The notes under the pieces: model-generated
The model's database searches: none
What the model saw: only the letters and a program-made list of their open reading frames with translations
What the model was told of the DNA's origin: nothing
Program-made: the position numbers and the translations under genes
Part shown: positions 13,194-27,104 of the stretch, in pieces
Layout of the letters: every line of letters begins with the position of its first letter
Position numbering within the stretch: position 1 is the first letter of the stretch
NCBI GenBank assembly: GCA_964016885.1
Contig: OZ024742.1
Location: forward strand, 348,998,001 to 349,062,000
Direction: 5' to 3'
DNA: 64,000 nucleotides
Source of the DNA: Eledone cirrhosa
Lineage: Eukaryota

Positions 13194-14262
13194 AAGAGTG
13201 AAGAATAACATGGTTAACAGTACAAAAGGGGTTTTATTTACAGTATTAACAATTGTTTCATTGATTAGGATGTCTAAAGGTTGCTAATCACTTGAAGTTG
13301 TGTCACTCAACCTTCAATACAGTGTATGCCTAATCAAATCATCGGAATAACTGCCAAAATTACACTCGATGTTTGTATTCATACTACGGAGAATTCAAAT
13401 AACAACATCAATAATATAGAAAGAAAAAGAAAAAGAAAAAGAAAAAGAAAAAGAAAAAGAAAAAGAAAAAGAAAAAGAAAAAGCAAAAGAAAAAGCAAAA
13501 GAAAAAGCAAAAGAAAAAGCAAAAGAAAAAGCAAAAGAAAAAGAAAAAATAATAATAAAGAAGTTAGAATGAAGATGATAAAAAATAAGTAAAAAAAAAT
13601 ATATATACATGAAAAAAATATATGAACATAATATGATTGTTGAAAATAGTTGTGGTGGTGGTTAAAGTTATAGTGGTGTGTAAGTATAAATATGTGATGA
13701 GGGTAGGAATATTATTAGTATGAAAATAAATATTAAATATATACATATGTATTGGTTAAATCACAGATGGTTAGAGTAGGGAGAAAGAATATAATGATAA
13801 ATAACATATAAAAGATAAATTAATAAATTAGAAGTTAGGTTAGAGGTTAAGAGATACAGGATAGGATACAAGGGAAGAGGTGAAATAGCTTTAGGGAGAG
13901 AGAGTGAAAGAAAGGTTAGGAGGTTTATGATGTTGATTTAGTGATTAGTTGGTCTGTTGACAGTTAATAATAGTGAGTTGGTGTGACACAACTTCGAGTG
14001 ATTAGCAATCTTTAGACATCCTAATCAATGAAACAATTGTTAATACTGTAAATAAAACCCTTTTTGTATTGCTAACCATGTTATTCTTCACTCTTTCACT
14101 ATTATTACTCCAAGATTAACCTGCATAGGAATTCCAGTGAACTCGCCACCTAACTATGGAAACTTCTTGTTGAGTCAAACAACGCCTTACGTTAAAAGTA
14201 TCCATAACACAGAGTACTCACAACCTCTAACTGGATTACCTATAACGACAATTAATCATCCC
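13189..14262 (+). mobile_element. Inverted-arm pLTR-like element (arms 13189-13311 / 13977-14101, tail 14102-14262)
   Basis: Reverse-complement arms containing GAAA-CAATTG-TT; (TA)n flanks; (AAAGAA)n at 13421-13548 inside. Confidence 0.7.
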
Positions 14263-14391
14263 ATATATATATATATACACACTAGGGGGCTTCAAAACGT
14301 TCGTTTGAAAAGGACAGTTGGAAAAAACGGTTTAAGTTATGATGTTTATTTTTTAACATATGCTCCGTCTAGTATATATATATATATATAT

Positions 14392-14973
14392 ATGTAAGTA
14401 TGTATGTATACGTACATACATATATGTATACAGACGTACAGTAGCATGCATATATATATACATATATATATATACATACATACAGGCACACATATATATA
14501 TGTACGCACCAGTTTAGCGAACATTTATTATAATGTTCGCTTTGTTCGTTTGTAAACAAACGAACAGCCTGATTTATGCCGTACGGTGTTAAGGCAACCA
14601 CGTCACCTTTTTGTTCAACACTGACACAGGAACGATGTACTAGTTTCAAGCTTGTTAGCTATCGTCAGCACCGTACACCCTTCTGCCAGATGGTTGAACG
14701 TTCGAAAGTATATACTTTCCTTATGAAAATTAACGGCTGAGCAGCCCAATTTGCATATCGAGTGAGTTCAGTCGGCCAGGCGCACCGAAAACGATAAAAT
14801 GGAATAGAATGAAATGAAATTTCATTTCTCACTCTTAGTACGGCACTTACGCAAATGTAAGTATGTATGTATACGTACATACATATATGTATACAGACGT
14901 ACAGTAGCATGCATATATATATATATATATACATACAGGCACACATATATATATGTACGTACCAGTTTAGCGA
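14392..14973 (-). mobile_element. Retrozyme-like repeat, copy B (~1.25 tandem units)
   Basis: ATGTAAGTATGTATGTATACG recurs at 14392 and ~14855; homologous to copy A but in a different permutation. Confidence 0.8.
14632..14674 (-). ncRNA. Minimal type I hammerhead (retrozyme copy B)
   Basis: acggtg-CTGACGA-tagct aaca agctt-GAAA-ctag-TA-catcgt. Confidence 0.85.
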
Positions 14974-14983
14974 TATATATATA

Positions 14984-15007
14984 TGTGTGCCTGTATGTAT
15001 ATATATA

Positions 15008-15097
<90 letters not shown>

Positions 15098-15336
15098 TGC
15101 TACTGTACGTCTGTATACATATATGTATGTACGTATACATACATACTTACATTTGAGTAAGTGCCGTACTAAGAGTGAGAAATGAAATTTCATTTCATTC
15201 TATTCCATTTTATCGTTTTCGGTGCGCCTGGCCGACTGAACTCACTCGATATGCAAATTGGGCTGCTCAGCCGTTAATTTTCATAAGGAAAGTATATACT
15301 TTCGAACGTTCAACCATCTGGCAGAAGGGTGTACGA
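14984..15336 (+). mobile_element. Retrozyme-like repeat, copy C (inverted partner of B; stops at hammerhead stem I)
   Basis: Reverse complement of ~14672-14955 with an expanded (TA)n; ATGCAAAT at 15251-15258. Confidence 0.8.
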
Positions 15337-16164
15337 TATTATAATATTATAATATCATCACACAAAACTAAACAACATGATCTATTAATTAAGAATCGAC
15401 AAGATACGGTTTATAACTTAGTTATATGCTGAACCATCGTGAATTATATGATAGACCCGTGGTCTATATATTGCGTCTCATGGATTATGTGAGTGGTGGT
15501 GTGCGCGAAGACAGTGGTACTGTTTTGCCTACGATATAATATGGTTTATAATATGTTTGATATTTTGGTGTTTCTCTACATTCGGGACTGTATATCATAC
15601 AGGTGTATGCGAATAAATGATTTAATAATTCAGCCCACATAATAATATCGATTGCCTGCTTCAACTGCCTGACCCTGCAAATAACATTCTGACGCACTCT
15701 AATCCTGTATAAATAAGACACGCGTGCATGCTACACGTGAGATTGCTTCATACACTGACTACTCTAAACTTTCCGCTTGCTTTATCTTCATAGACTGCCA
15801 ATGCTTCATTTTTATTTTCATTTTTATTTTTATTTTTATCCTTTAACCTTTATATGTAAACTGCCATGCTATATCATTTTGATGGATGTCATCCCACTGT
15901 GGATCAATATGTGCATATGTTTTATATGTCTCTTGTGTTGAAAAGGAGGTCAAGTATGTTATAGATCACTAAATAGTTGCTCCGAAGAATCCAAACCTCG
16001 GTTTGAAGGAAACAATTGTAAGCAAATAAATGATTTAAACTGAACTTTGATTATTGTAATCTCTATATAACTGCTCTGTAAAACAACCGATGTTATTACA
16101 TTGAGCTATTTATCTTACTGGTAATAAGATAGTAATTAATGACTATCTTTCACTATTTAAGGTT

Positions 16165-16229
<65 letters not shown>

Positions 16230-16961
16230 GCACAGGATGTCCATAAAGCCTGTGTATATTTACAAAGCTATATAAAGCTATATAATGGTTATAAATCAAA
16301 GTTGTAGCCGCAATATACCAGATACCAATCGAATTGTTTGGGGCGGTCACAAACCACTCAATGGTGCGAAAAGTTAATACATTTTCGTCCAGAGTAAAGA
16401 CAAAGTTAAGAAAAGCGACCAAATGCTTGTGATAATAATAATCAAAGTTACTTTTTCGGAGATTGAATATCGATAACTGAATAATTGTTTCATTTATTGT
16501 TATCTTAATCAGCCCCCCCCCCCCCCAGTAAACATTTCTGGAAATCTGCCTAAATTAGAAAACAATTGTAATAGCTATTTAACTGAAGTAGGACATTCCT
16601 CGTCGATCTTGCAATGGCCTTTCCGCGGATAAGTAATGTATGGACAGATAAGTCCTGTTGGAGTCGAAGGGGGTTGAGCACTTTAAACGTGTTGATAGTG
16701 AGCTGGAGGAAATACCGGGGAGTTTTAACCTGATACCATAACGACTTTTATCATTATGTTAATGGTAAAATTTATTGAACAGAAAAATTACACACACACG
16801 CACGCAAACATATACACACACACATAGACACACACAGACACACACATATATATGAAATATTGTATTTTTACATAATTGTTTTATTGGATAATATATATGG
16901 AATGCGTAAACTGTTTATCATCGCGGTGTTATGTAACCTCCACGGATAAGCACCATGATCT

Positions 16962-17049
<88 letters not shown>

Positions 17050-17052
<3 letters not shown>

Positions 17053-17417
17053 ATTGAATATAAAAGAGAGATAAAAACAGACATATAGATATATGTGTTC
17101 AAATCGTAAGGGACCAGGGGTTCGCTAAGGTGAAAAAAATACTAACTATGGACAATAAGGTTTGCCAGACTCAATTTAAGAATAAATCAAGAAAATAAAT
17201 ACAAACCGGAATTGTGGTAACTACCGATCACCCAGACAGCGTTTGGCTATGCTGTTTCGCAAATTAATTGTGAAGAGAATTACCAATTCTTGCTCGTCAG
17301 TGGGTGAAAATTAGTAAACTCCTCACTTCTAAGAATATCAGACAACTGAATAGTGTACGTATAAATAATAACGTACATGGTATTAGAACTTAGCGTGTCT
17401 CACACACTCACACCACT

Positions 17418-17420
<3 letters not shown>
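17050..17420 (-). mobile_element. pLTR-like remnant carrying an intact hammerhead
   Basis: Unique segment bounded by two (TA)n tracts and containing the hammerhead at 17228-17307. Confidence 0.55.
17228..17307 (-). ncRNA. Canonical type I hammerhead ribozyme
   Basis: tcaccca-CTGACGA-gcaa...ttgc-GAAA-cagc atagccaaac gctg-TC-tgggtga; all core bases present, 7-bp stem I, GUC site. Confidence 0.92.
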
Positions 17421-17479
<59 letters not shown>

Positions 17480-17501
17480 CATGTATATATACATGTATAC
17501 A

Positions 17502-17565
<64 letters not shown>

Positions 17566-18529
17566 TATATATATACATACATATATATATAACATATGGG
17601 CGAAGACAGGAAAATGAAGGAGTACCGACAGCCCCATCTGATCAGTCGACCGCTAGAATACGTTGTTTCAGTGCTTTATGGCGTGTGTGTGGGAAGAGAG
17701 TTACTATAAAATATTTTCAATTTCTTACAGTGCATCGTTATGGACGTAAATCTAATCCACATGACCACCACCATAAATAAAACAAACTTAAGGCTCAGTC
17801 AACCTTCTGGTCATGGCTGCCGACATGATGGAGAAAAGATTGCCTTGTAGGACGGCGAGGGAGACGGCGCCGCTGGAAGAGTCACACTACGGGGCTCGCA
17901 CGAAAAGTGAAGAAAGCTTAAGAAACAATATTCCGTCATTGCTTGATTAAGCAAGAATACAGAAGCTGCTGTATTGCTGCTTATATTGGATAAATAAAAT
18001 ATTAACAAGAATAAAACCGAACACCAACAGAATTAAAATTCTGGCCACATTGTAGGCGTTCTGGTCTTCATTATTTCTGTAGAAGAATATAGTAGATATA
18101 TTCCTTCTTTCTCATTAGCCGATCTACGTCATTCGCCAGAGAAATGTGAAATTAATGGAATTCTAAGTCACATCAATTCTGTGACGATATTTTATCTTCA
18201 GACTTTTTGGCTTTTTTTAGCCTTCTTTATTCAGATCACAAATCACATATTTCAAGCAAGTTATCTATATATATATACAACTGATGTTGTCTGTGTGTGT
18301 GTGTGTCCCCTCATTTTTGCAAAGTCTATACAAATCCACATTTCTACTCCGATTGACTTCAAACTTGCATTTATATATTCCTTGCGGTCTAAAGATATTA
18401 ACTGCAGCTTTTATTTTTCAAATTTCTGTTGTTAAAGGGGTGTTAGGCGCCGGTTATCCATCTCCGTCGCGCTCTTATAATATCTGTCTGTATGCCTGGC
18501 TGTCTGCATTACGACATTCTGACGAACAT

Positions 18530-18733
18530 TGATGACGTATTATGTTCGCTATTATCCGTTCATTCCCAGGAAACGTCTTCACGAACCAAAGTATCGTCTT
18601 CCTGTTTTCCTTCGGTTGCAACGTTTTTCGAAATATTTACTTCTGCGTTCACAGATTGATATTTTTAGTTTCAGAAGATCCCGTTAGGGTGAAAGCAACG
18701 ATTCTTTGCTTAAACTTTAATTTGTTATTTTAA
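18530..18733 (+). mobile_element. Single arm of the 2878-4190 pLTR-like family
   Basis: Homologous to 3975-4185. Confidence 0.75.
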
Positions 18734-19236
18734 TCTATCATTATCTATAAAAGGGCGGTGGATTGGCAGTATCGGTAGAGGGTCGGACGCCATGCTTTCC
18801 AACATAGTTACGTCCCTTTACGATCTGAGTTCAAATCCCGCCGAGGTTGACTTTGCCTTTCATCCTTACGGGGTCGATAAAATAAAGTACCAGTAATGCA
18901 CTGGGTATTTGCTGGCCTTGTGCCTAAAGTAGAAACAATTATCTATAAAAGACAGATTGTTGTTGTTGTTGTTGTGTGTGTGTGTGTATGTTCCATGTTC
19001 ATACATTTGCACAATTTCAAACCGATTCGACTCAAAGTCTGTGAGAATGTTGTAAATGGTCTAACTTAGGTCAACAACTATTTATTTCATTCAAACTCAC
19101 CCACAATTACGGAAATAATCGATAAAACTAAATACATGACGCTTTACCCCTCTAATACAATCAGTTTTACCTCTCTCTACTCCTCTTAAAATTCAATAAA
19201 ACTACATACATGCTTACAAACTTCCTTTAGGAACGC

Positions 19237-19321
<85 letters not shown>

Positions 19322-19803
19322 TTTGTTATAGTATAGGTTGTTATAGTAAATAAACTGATACTTCTTTGACCGGAACGGTCAAAGAAGTATCAGTTTATTT
19401 ACTATACACAATAATATACTCCATGAGGTCACTAAACCTGCTAGAAACAGCAGCTAACTCTCCCCCATATCACACCACACCCTACTGTCTTAAATTTAGA
19501 AAACACACATTAGACAACCATACAGAACAACTCCATCGCAGCTCTGTTGTTCGGCTGGCATCGTCTACGCGCGTGTTGCGCAAGTACTGTGAAACAATAA
19601 ATTTCAACACTTCTTTGCACAGAGATAATATCCATAGGCGAAACTACAATTGTCACTGCTGGCACAGCTCCTGCTTCGGCAGTCCAGGTCTGCAATTCAT
19701 TCACCCAGTGCCTGGCAGACAAAAAAGTGCTGCCATAAAATGGGTGGTGCAACCTAACTTTGGTAACTTACTGACCCCGAGCAACGCCGGGCTTTAATGC
19801 TAG
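18734..19803 (+). mobile_element. Non-autonomous Helitron-like element (hosts the SINE and a (GA)n tract)
   Basis: 5' TC; 3' CCCGAGCAACGCCGGG hairpin plus CTAG|T at 19800-19804. Confidence 0.65.
18754..18937 (+). mobile_element. Full-length tRNA-derived SINE with 14-bp TSD
   Basis: A box TGGCAGTATCGG, B box GAGTTCAAATCC, body GCCTTTCATCCTTACGGGGTCGATAAAATAAAGTACCAG; TSD ATTATCTATAAAAG at 18740-18753 and 18938-18951. Confidence 0.92.
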
Positions 19804-19819
19804 TATATGTATATATATA

Positions 19820-20800
19820 AAACTGAGGAAGGATGTATGTTATCTCTTTCTCTTAATTTCGAGTATATTTTTTGACCGGCCACCTTCCTGGTGGCAAGGT
19901 TGTAAAAGAAAAGAAATTGTCATCCCTTGAATCGCAAGAATGTTTTGCAAATTTTGAAGGTGCCAGCTATCGCAGCCATTTGTAGACTATGAATTAGGGA
20001 GCTGCGCTCTTTGTCCGCAAATCCAAGTTCAGTTATACATTGGTCCAAGCGGGTTGGTATATAACCTGTAGCTCCAATAATGATGGGTATGAAGCTAAAG
20101 GTGTATCTTGGATACTGGATTTGTAAACTCCTCATCAATGGTCAGTAGATGTCCTCCTTCTCCTGTATTTTTCTGACAACGTTTACATCAAGTGGGCAGC
20201 TGATCTCCACAACAGAACACGTTTTCAATGTGTGGTCCCAAACAACAATATCAGACCAGTTGTGCTTTAATTTGGTGGCCGTTTTTATTTTCAGGTTCCA
20301 CCAGTATTCCTTAGTGCCATCTGTCTCAATATATTCTTCCTCGTTTGTTGTTAATTTTGTTTTCCGAAGTGCGTTCTAGATGGTTCTAGCTATCCCATCG
20401 TGTCTCATGGGGAGGTAGTAGCGAGATGACATTCTTTCGCAGCTGGCAACAATGTGGCTTACATCCTCGATCTTTGTTTTACATAGCCTACATTTATTGT
20501 CAGCTGATGGCCCTCCTCTTTTGTGCAGCAGATATTTGGTAGGGAGTTCTTGTTCCTGTATTGCATAGAGATATTCCTCAAGGTGTGATGTCATAAACTT
20601 GTCGGAACTCCATGCCAGGCTTTTTGAGTGGTTTATCCCCTCTATGGTCTGTGTTTTACGTCTCAAGTATCCATGCACAACTTTTTCTGTAAATTGGTCA
20701 ATTTTTCCATCTTGTTTGAACATTGAATAGGATCTTCCGATTTCTCTGGGTGAGAGATTTATATCAGGCTTTATTCCATATCTCTCCTCCAGATCAGTCG
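19820..20800 (-). mobile_element. 3' fragment of an R4/Dong-like RLE non-LTR retrotransposon
   Basis: AIQEQEL, CRLCKTKIEDVSHIVASC (CCHC knuckle), RHD, SDIVVWD...VEISCP and IPIIIGATG (restriction-like endonuclease); stops present; the 3' end runs into a TA repeat. Confidence 0.88.
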
Positions 20801-20803
20801 CTA

Positions 20804-20895
20804 TCCTAAGGATATTTTTTATGTATGTATGTATGTATGTATGTATGTATGTATGTATGTATGTATGTATGTATGTATGTATGTATGTGTGTGTT

Positions 20896-20965
<70 letters not shown>

Positions 20966-21543
20966 CCGAGAAGTACCCAACCGATCTTTTTCAAACTTTA
21001 CATGTGTATTACTTATATTTCAGGGAGTGTTATGCACATAAGAAAATTGAACTTTTTGTTCCCCTAGGGCGCGCATTAGGTGAAAAACTGCGTTTTTTTC
21101 CAGCTTTTTAGAGTTTTTTGAGGCGTTACGTCAGACCGATTTCCTTGAAATTGTAACTATATATTAGTCAGTCTCTTCTTCATACCGTGAGCAAAGAAAA
21201 TCCAACTTTTTTATGGCCTAAGGCCCGCATTAGGTGAAAAACTTCACTTTTTCAGCTTTTTAGGGCTATTTTGAGGCGTTATGTCTAGCCGATTTTCCCG
21301 AAATTTCAAGGCATATTATGCACATAAAAAAATTCATTTTCTTGATCCCCTAGGGCCCGCATTAGGTGAAAACCTGCCTTTTTCCTGCTTCATCGAGGAA
21401 AATCTTAGATTATCCAGCCATCAGAGTATTCGGTTTATTTTCTTTACATATTGTCCAGACATGCAGTTCCTCCACGATTAGGTCTGTTGGTTGCCCGCGT
21501 TCCAAAATACCTTATCCCATGCAACGCCGGGTACCACTGGTAG
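20804..21543 (+). mobile_element. Non-autonomous Helitron-like element
   Basis: 5' TC plus (ATGT)n(GT)n; internal CCTAGGGCCCGCATTAGGTGAAAA repeats; 3' CCCATGCAACGCCGGG...GTAG|T. Confidence 0.6.
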
Positions 21544-21545
21544 TT

Positions 21546-21614
<69 letters not shown>

Positions 21615-21712
21615 TACATATACATATATATATACACATACATATACTTACATACACACACACACATATATATATATATATGTATTTATAATATATATAT
21701 ATATATATTTAT

Positions 21713-22090
21713 TATATAATAAAGAAGAAATACAAGATGGTTATAAGGGTTCCATATATTTTATTATGCGCATTTCGAATACAAAATCATCCTGGGACAG
21801 AAATTGTGTTCTCTTCAGATTAAAATAATGTAACATGATATGAGGCATAATAGCACTTATTTATAGGAAAGTGCAAAGTCTACATATGCACTTTCCTGTA
21901 AACAAGTGCTATTATGCCTCATATCATGTTACATTATTTTATCTGAAGAGAACACAATTTCTGTCCCAGGATGATTTTGTATTCGAAATGCGCATAATAA
22001 AATATATGGAACCCTTATAACCATCTTGTATTTCTTCTTTATTATATATACTCCAGTTCTACCAACTGTTGAGTGCTACTTATCTGATAT
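21713..22090 (+). mobile_element. ~335-bp palindrome with one-sided tail (~22050-22090)
   Basis: 21713-21875 is the reverse complement of ~21887-22048; lies in (TA)n. Confidence 0.88.
21936..22003 (+). ncRNA. Type I hammerhead ribozyme
   Basis: attttat-CTGAAGA-gaacacaa...ttgtattc-GAAA-tgcgca-TA-ataaaat; perfect 7-bp stem I, palindromic ATGCGCAT stem III, AUA site. Confidence 0.85.
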
Positions 22091-22161
22091 ATGCATAGTT
22101 TTATTGTTCTACAATATTACTCACCTTCTACATTATATTTATTATATATATATATGTATTC

Positions 22162-22273
<112 letters not shown>

Positions 22274-22667
22274 TATATATGTATATATATATGTATATAT
22301 ATATGTACATATATATGTATATATATATGTATATATATATGTATATATATACATATATATATTTGTATTATGTGTGTATATATGTATATATATGTGTATA
22401 TATATATATATGTATATATTTATGTGTATATATATATGTATATATATATATATATATAAATTAATAAAAATAATGAATAAAAACAAAGAAACATTTCCTT
22501 ATATTAAAAACTTCATCATTTTACGATCGTTTCTAGGATATATGTGTGTGTTGGTATGTATATCATATAGATCTATGTAAAATTTTTACAAACTATCAGA
22601 GGGAATATACATACCTACACATATATATGCTGTCTTCAGAAACGACCCTCTCAGGAATAAGTGGGTA

Positions 22668-22759
22668 AAGAAGAAGAAGAAGAAGAAGAAGAAGAAGAAG
22701 AAGAAGAAGAAGAAGAAGAAGAAGAAGAAGAAGAAGAAGAAGAAGAAGAAGAAGAAGAA
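22668..22759. repeat. (AAG)n microsatellite
   Basis: Direct reading. Confidence 0.97.
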
Positions 22760-23702
22760 CGAACATTTTATTTTGTTTAAGAAGAAAAACTTTTGTTTAA
22801 GAAGTCTCTTTTCTTTTTTAATCCTCTAAACATTGGTATAAGTTATGAATGAATTCGTTAAACATTTCAGAAGCATTTTACTAAAGTTGGGGACTACCGC
22901 TTTAAGAATCCCATGGATTGATCACACGACCACCTAGATACTTTTTCCCACCTCAGCAGGTCCTGAGGCCTGAAAAGTATCATAGCAACTGCTTTTCCTA
23001 ATCTGATCAAATCTCTACATAGACTGATTTACATATGAACGCGATATTGAAATTGAAGGAGATGTCACGCTTGGACACAATACCAACCCAGGGCCCTCTT
23101 ACTCCTGTTGGAAGAATCCCTCTCTGGTTGACCATCGTCTTCTTCTGTTTGGTTTCAGTCATGTTAGGGGTGTAGCTGTACTTACCACGCTTGACCAATT
23201 GCGGTTTAGTAAAGTTATTTAACCAATAGTTGAGGTGGATGTCCGTTTATTCTGAGGAGTTCAACCACCATTTTAACAGCTCTTGTTTTTTGTGCCACTG
23301 GGGTTACACTTACCCTTCTCATTCCACAATGAAGGAGGTTGTACTGGGTTACACAACACAGTACATAATAAAGGATCTATTCAGCAATCAGTTGATGAAT
23401 TAACCGCTATTTTAAGAAATCCGCTATTTTAAGAAATCCGCCATTTAAACATCGATCATTTCCTCCAGAAATAGTGGTTTCTGGTTAAGGCACGTGACCA
23501 AAAAATTTAGGGGAAGTGGAAAGACAATTAAATCGACCCCAGTGTATTACTGGTACATTATATTATTGACCCCAAAAGGATGACAGGCAAAGCTAACACC
23601 GGTGGGATTTGAACTCACAGCAACCGATACTGGCAATCTACCGCCCTTTACCCTAGAAATACGAGGGTTGGTTAAAGCGTTTATAGGCTCACTATGAAGG
23701 AA

Positions 23703-24123
23703 TGATGCTAGAGCTGTGAAATCTTGCATGAATTAATTCCAACTCTTCTAAATAACACCATTGTTTCTTCCCAGGGACTATGTTGAGAAATAAACCTCAT
23801 TTGGTCATTCCATGAGAGTATCTTAGTCAGCCTATGTAGAAGTGATGCTAGAGCTGTGAAATCTTGTATGCATTAATTCCAACTCTTCTTATTTATAACA
23901 ACATTGTTTCTTTCCAGGGACTATGTTGAGAAATAAACCTCATGTGGTCACTCCATGAGAGTATCTTGGTCAGACTATGTAGAAGTGATGCTAGAGCTGT
24001 GAAATCTTGTATACATTAATTCCAACTCTTCTTATTTATAACAACATTGTTTCTTCCCAGGGACTATGTTGAGAAATAAACCTCATGTGGTCACTCCATA
24101 AGAGTATCTTGGTCAGACTATGA
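23703..24123. repeat. Three ~140-143-bp tandem units
   Basis: TGATGCTAGAGCTGTGAAATCTTG at 23703, 23843 and 23986. Confidence 0.92.
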
Positions 24124-24475
24124 ATCTTTCAACAAACCTATGTAGTAGTAGGAGATAGTTTAAAAATAAAGGTAAATGGAAGAATATTTTACTTGTGTCT
24201 CTAAAGAATCATTTGGAGGTTTCCATATTTTGTAGGAGTTAATTATTTATTGACATGCAAGGCGAGAAAAAGTGTACAAGTTGGCACGAAACTAACTAAA
24301 CATTACTAACACTAATACTCACAGTTATTTTATGTATAAAAATACATTTCCAATAACTACTCCCCCACCCCGCCTGTCGAAATATGGCGAATATTTCAGT
24401 CAGGAAATTTATTAAGAATATATATATTGACACACACATACATATATATGTATATGTATACGTGTATGTATATAG

Positions 24476-24602
<127 letters not shown>

Positions 24603-24603
24603 C

Positions 24604-24685
<82 letters not shown>

Positions 24686-24726
24686 GTGTATATGAATATG
24701 TATGAATATATATGTATATATATGTA

Positions 24727-24793
<67 letters not shown>

Positions 24794-24960
24794 TAGCAGA
24801 ACACATACAATTTCTTATATAGCAAAATATGCATATCACACGTGACATATTTTTATCCACACCTTCACGTAATTGCATATACCCCTTTCCCCTCTCTCAG
24901 TCTGTCTCTCCACCCCTCTCACTCTCGTTGAAATATGCACATACATAAATACACACACAT

Positions 24961-25468
<508 letters not shown>

Positions 25469-25470
25469 AT

Positions 25471-25660
25471 AACAAAGAAGGTGTGGTAAGATACCAGGTG
25501 GACCATAACGCACCAGAGTACTCAATACTTAGGGTAGTAGAGTGGGTAATAGGAAAAGAGTCAGAATCCCGACGGCTGAGCTCCGCCCGTTTCGACAGTT
25601 AGATCCGAACTAAACCAGTAGTATTAGGATGGCGGGAATCTAGCTGAACTTATCAAGGGG
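25471..25660 (-). mobile_element. Longest copy of the CCCGACGGC hairpin+tail family (not folded back)
   Basis: Family tail plus upstream TTGATAA-stem-GAAA hammerhead-like remnant. Confidence 0.7.
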
Positions 25661-26149
25661 TACAGTCCATATATGGGCATGCAATCAAAACACAGTAGAA
25701 GTATCAAATCAAACAATCCTAAAAATTGTTGTTTTTTTTGTCTGTCACGGGGAGTGGTCAATGATCTGGGATGTCATGTACATGGGTAAATTCCTTCATA
25801 GCGGCGCGATGGGGGTGGGGGCTGAACTTGTCTGTAAAACAAAGGGGAGGGAATAAAATGACATTCTGACCTGTGGATGCCAGGTCGGTCATGCGTTAAG
25901 AGAGAATTCTTTACAACTATCTCTAATGGGGTAAAATCAACATATGAGAATCAAAGAAGGTAGAGTGAAGGTAAGTACATCAGATCTAACAGTTGGCTAA
26001 AGAACAACGCATATGGAAGTTAACACTAATTAAATTCCTGATTAATAAAATTTAATTTTCAGTGATTCTAATGCACTGGAACGGCACCTCAATGTAGTAA
26101 TTTACTAGTATTATCTTCCTTGATGATACACCATGGCTGTGTGTTCGGC

Positions 26150-26332
26150 CGGTATTGGCAGTATCGGTAGAGGGTCGGACGCCATGCTTTCCAGCATAGT
26201 TACGTCCCTTTACCATCTGAGTTCAAATCCCGCCGAGGTTGACTTTGCCTTTCATCCTTACGGGGTCGATAAAATAAAGTACCAGTAATGCACTGGTAAT
26301 TGCTGGCCTTGTGCCTAAAGTAGAAACAATTA
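26150..26332 (+). mobile_element. tRNA-derived SINE
   Basis: Near-identical to 18754-18937. Confidence 0.92.
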
Positions 26333-26339
26333 TGTATAT

Positions 26340-26617
26340 TTAAAAATAGCCCGGGGTTCAAAGACCCTCAACTCTTCAACAAGCTGCTAAGAAATTTGAG
26401 ACATCTGCATGGTGTGGATGCGGATATTTTCAAGAAATATCTTGACACCCTGCTATCCAGGATCCCGGATGAGCCCACAGCACCGTACGAAGGAAACCTA
26501 AGGGCAGCAGTAACAAACTCCCTCTTGCACCAATGGGCAGCCAACACAGGCTGGAGAATGTGTAAGAACAAGGGCGGTGCCCCAGCATGGCCTCAGCCGG
26601 ATGGCTGGAACAGTAAA
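26340..26617 (+). mobile_element. 3' end of a CR1/L2-group LINE
   Basis: LRHLHGVDADIFKKYLDTLLSRIPDEP...RAAVTNSL; the 3' UTR GGCGGTGCCCCAGCATGGCC...GGCTGGAAC also occurs inverted at ~34159-34197. Confidence 0.75.
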
Positions 26618-26636
26618 TATATATATATACTTTATT

Positions 26637-26669
<33 letters not shown>

Positions 26670-26725
26670 GTAAAACTGAAAAAAGAAAGCAAACGACACT
26701 ACATTGAAGAAATAGATTAGTTGAA

Positions 26726-26772
<47 letters not shown>

Positions 26773-27104
26773 ATATATGCATACAAAATTTATATAATAT
26801 ACGTTTGTGTGTGTATATATATAAAGACACTTATACATACATACCGTTCCCTATAATATTACCCTATTACTCTAATATAAATATATATAATTGAAGATAT
26901 AAAGACAGATATATGGGTTATGGAGGTGGAATAGCAACTCTGTAACTAATACTCAACATATATAAACAGTAAAGAATATAAGAGGCAAAAGATGAATAAA
27001 AAATGGTAGAGAAAACTAATGGAAAGGAAAGGAAGGGAAAGGAAGAGAAAGGAAGAGAGAGGAAGTGAAAGGAAGAGAAATAACGATATAACAGGTGATG
27101 AAAA

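Noticed and set aside
17813-17950. GC-richer 45-codon ORF (MAADMMEKRLPC...)
   Set aside because: Short, no recognisable homology or convincing splice context.
18754-18850. tRNA genes at the SINE heads (also 26150, 28130, 44768, 45514, 48366)
   Set aside because: A/B boxes are present but there is no cloverleaf; each is followed by a SINE body, with TSDs at several.
23703-24123. CRISPR array or second retrozyme
   Set aside because: Whole units repeat with no unique spacers; eukaryotic context; minus-strand CTGACCA is not followed by a usable GAAA/stem III.
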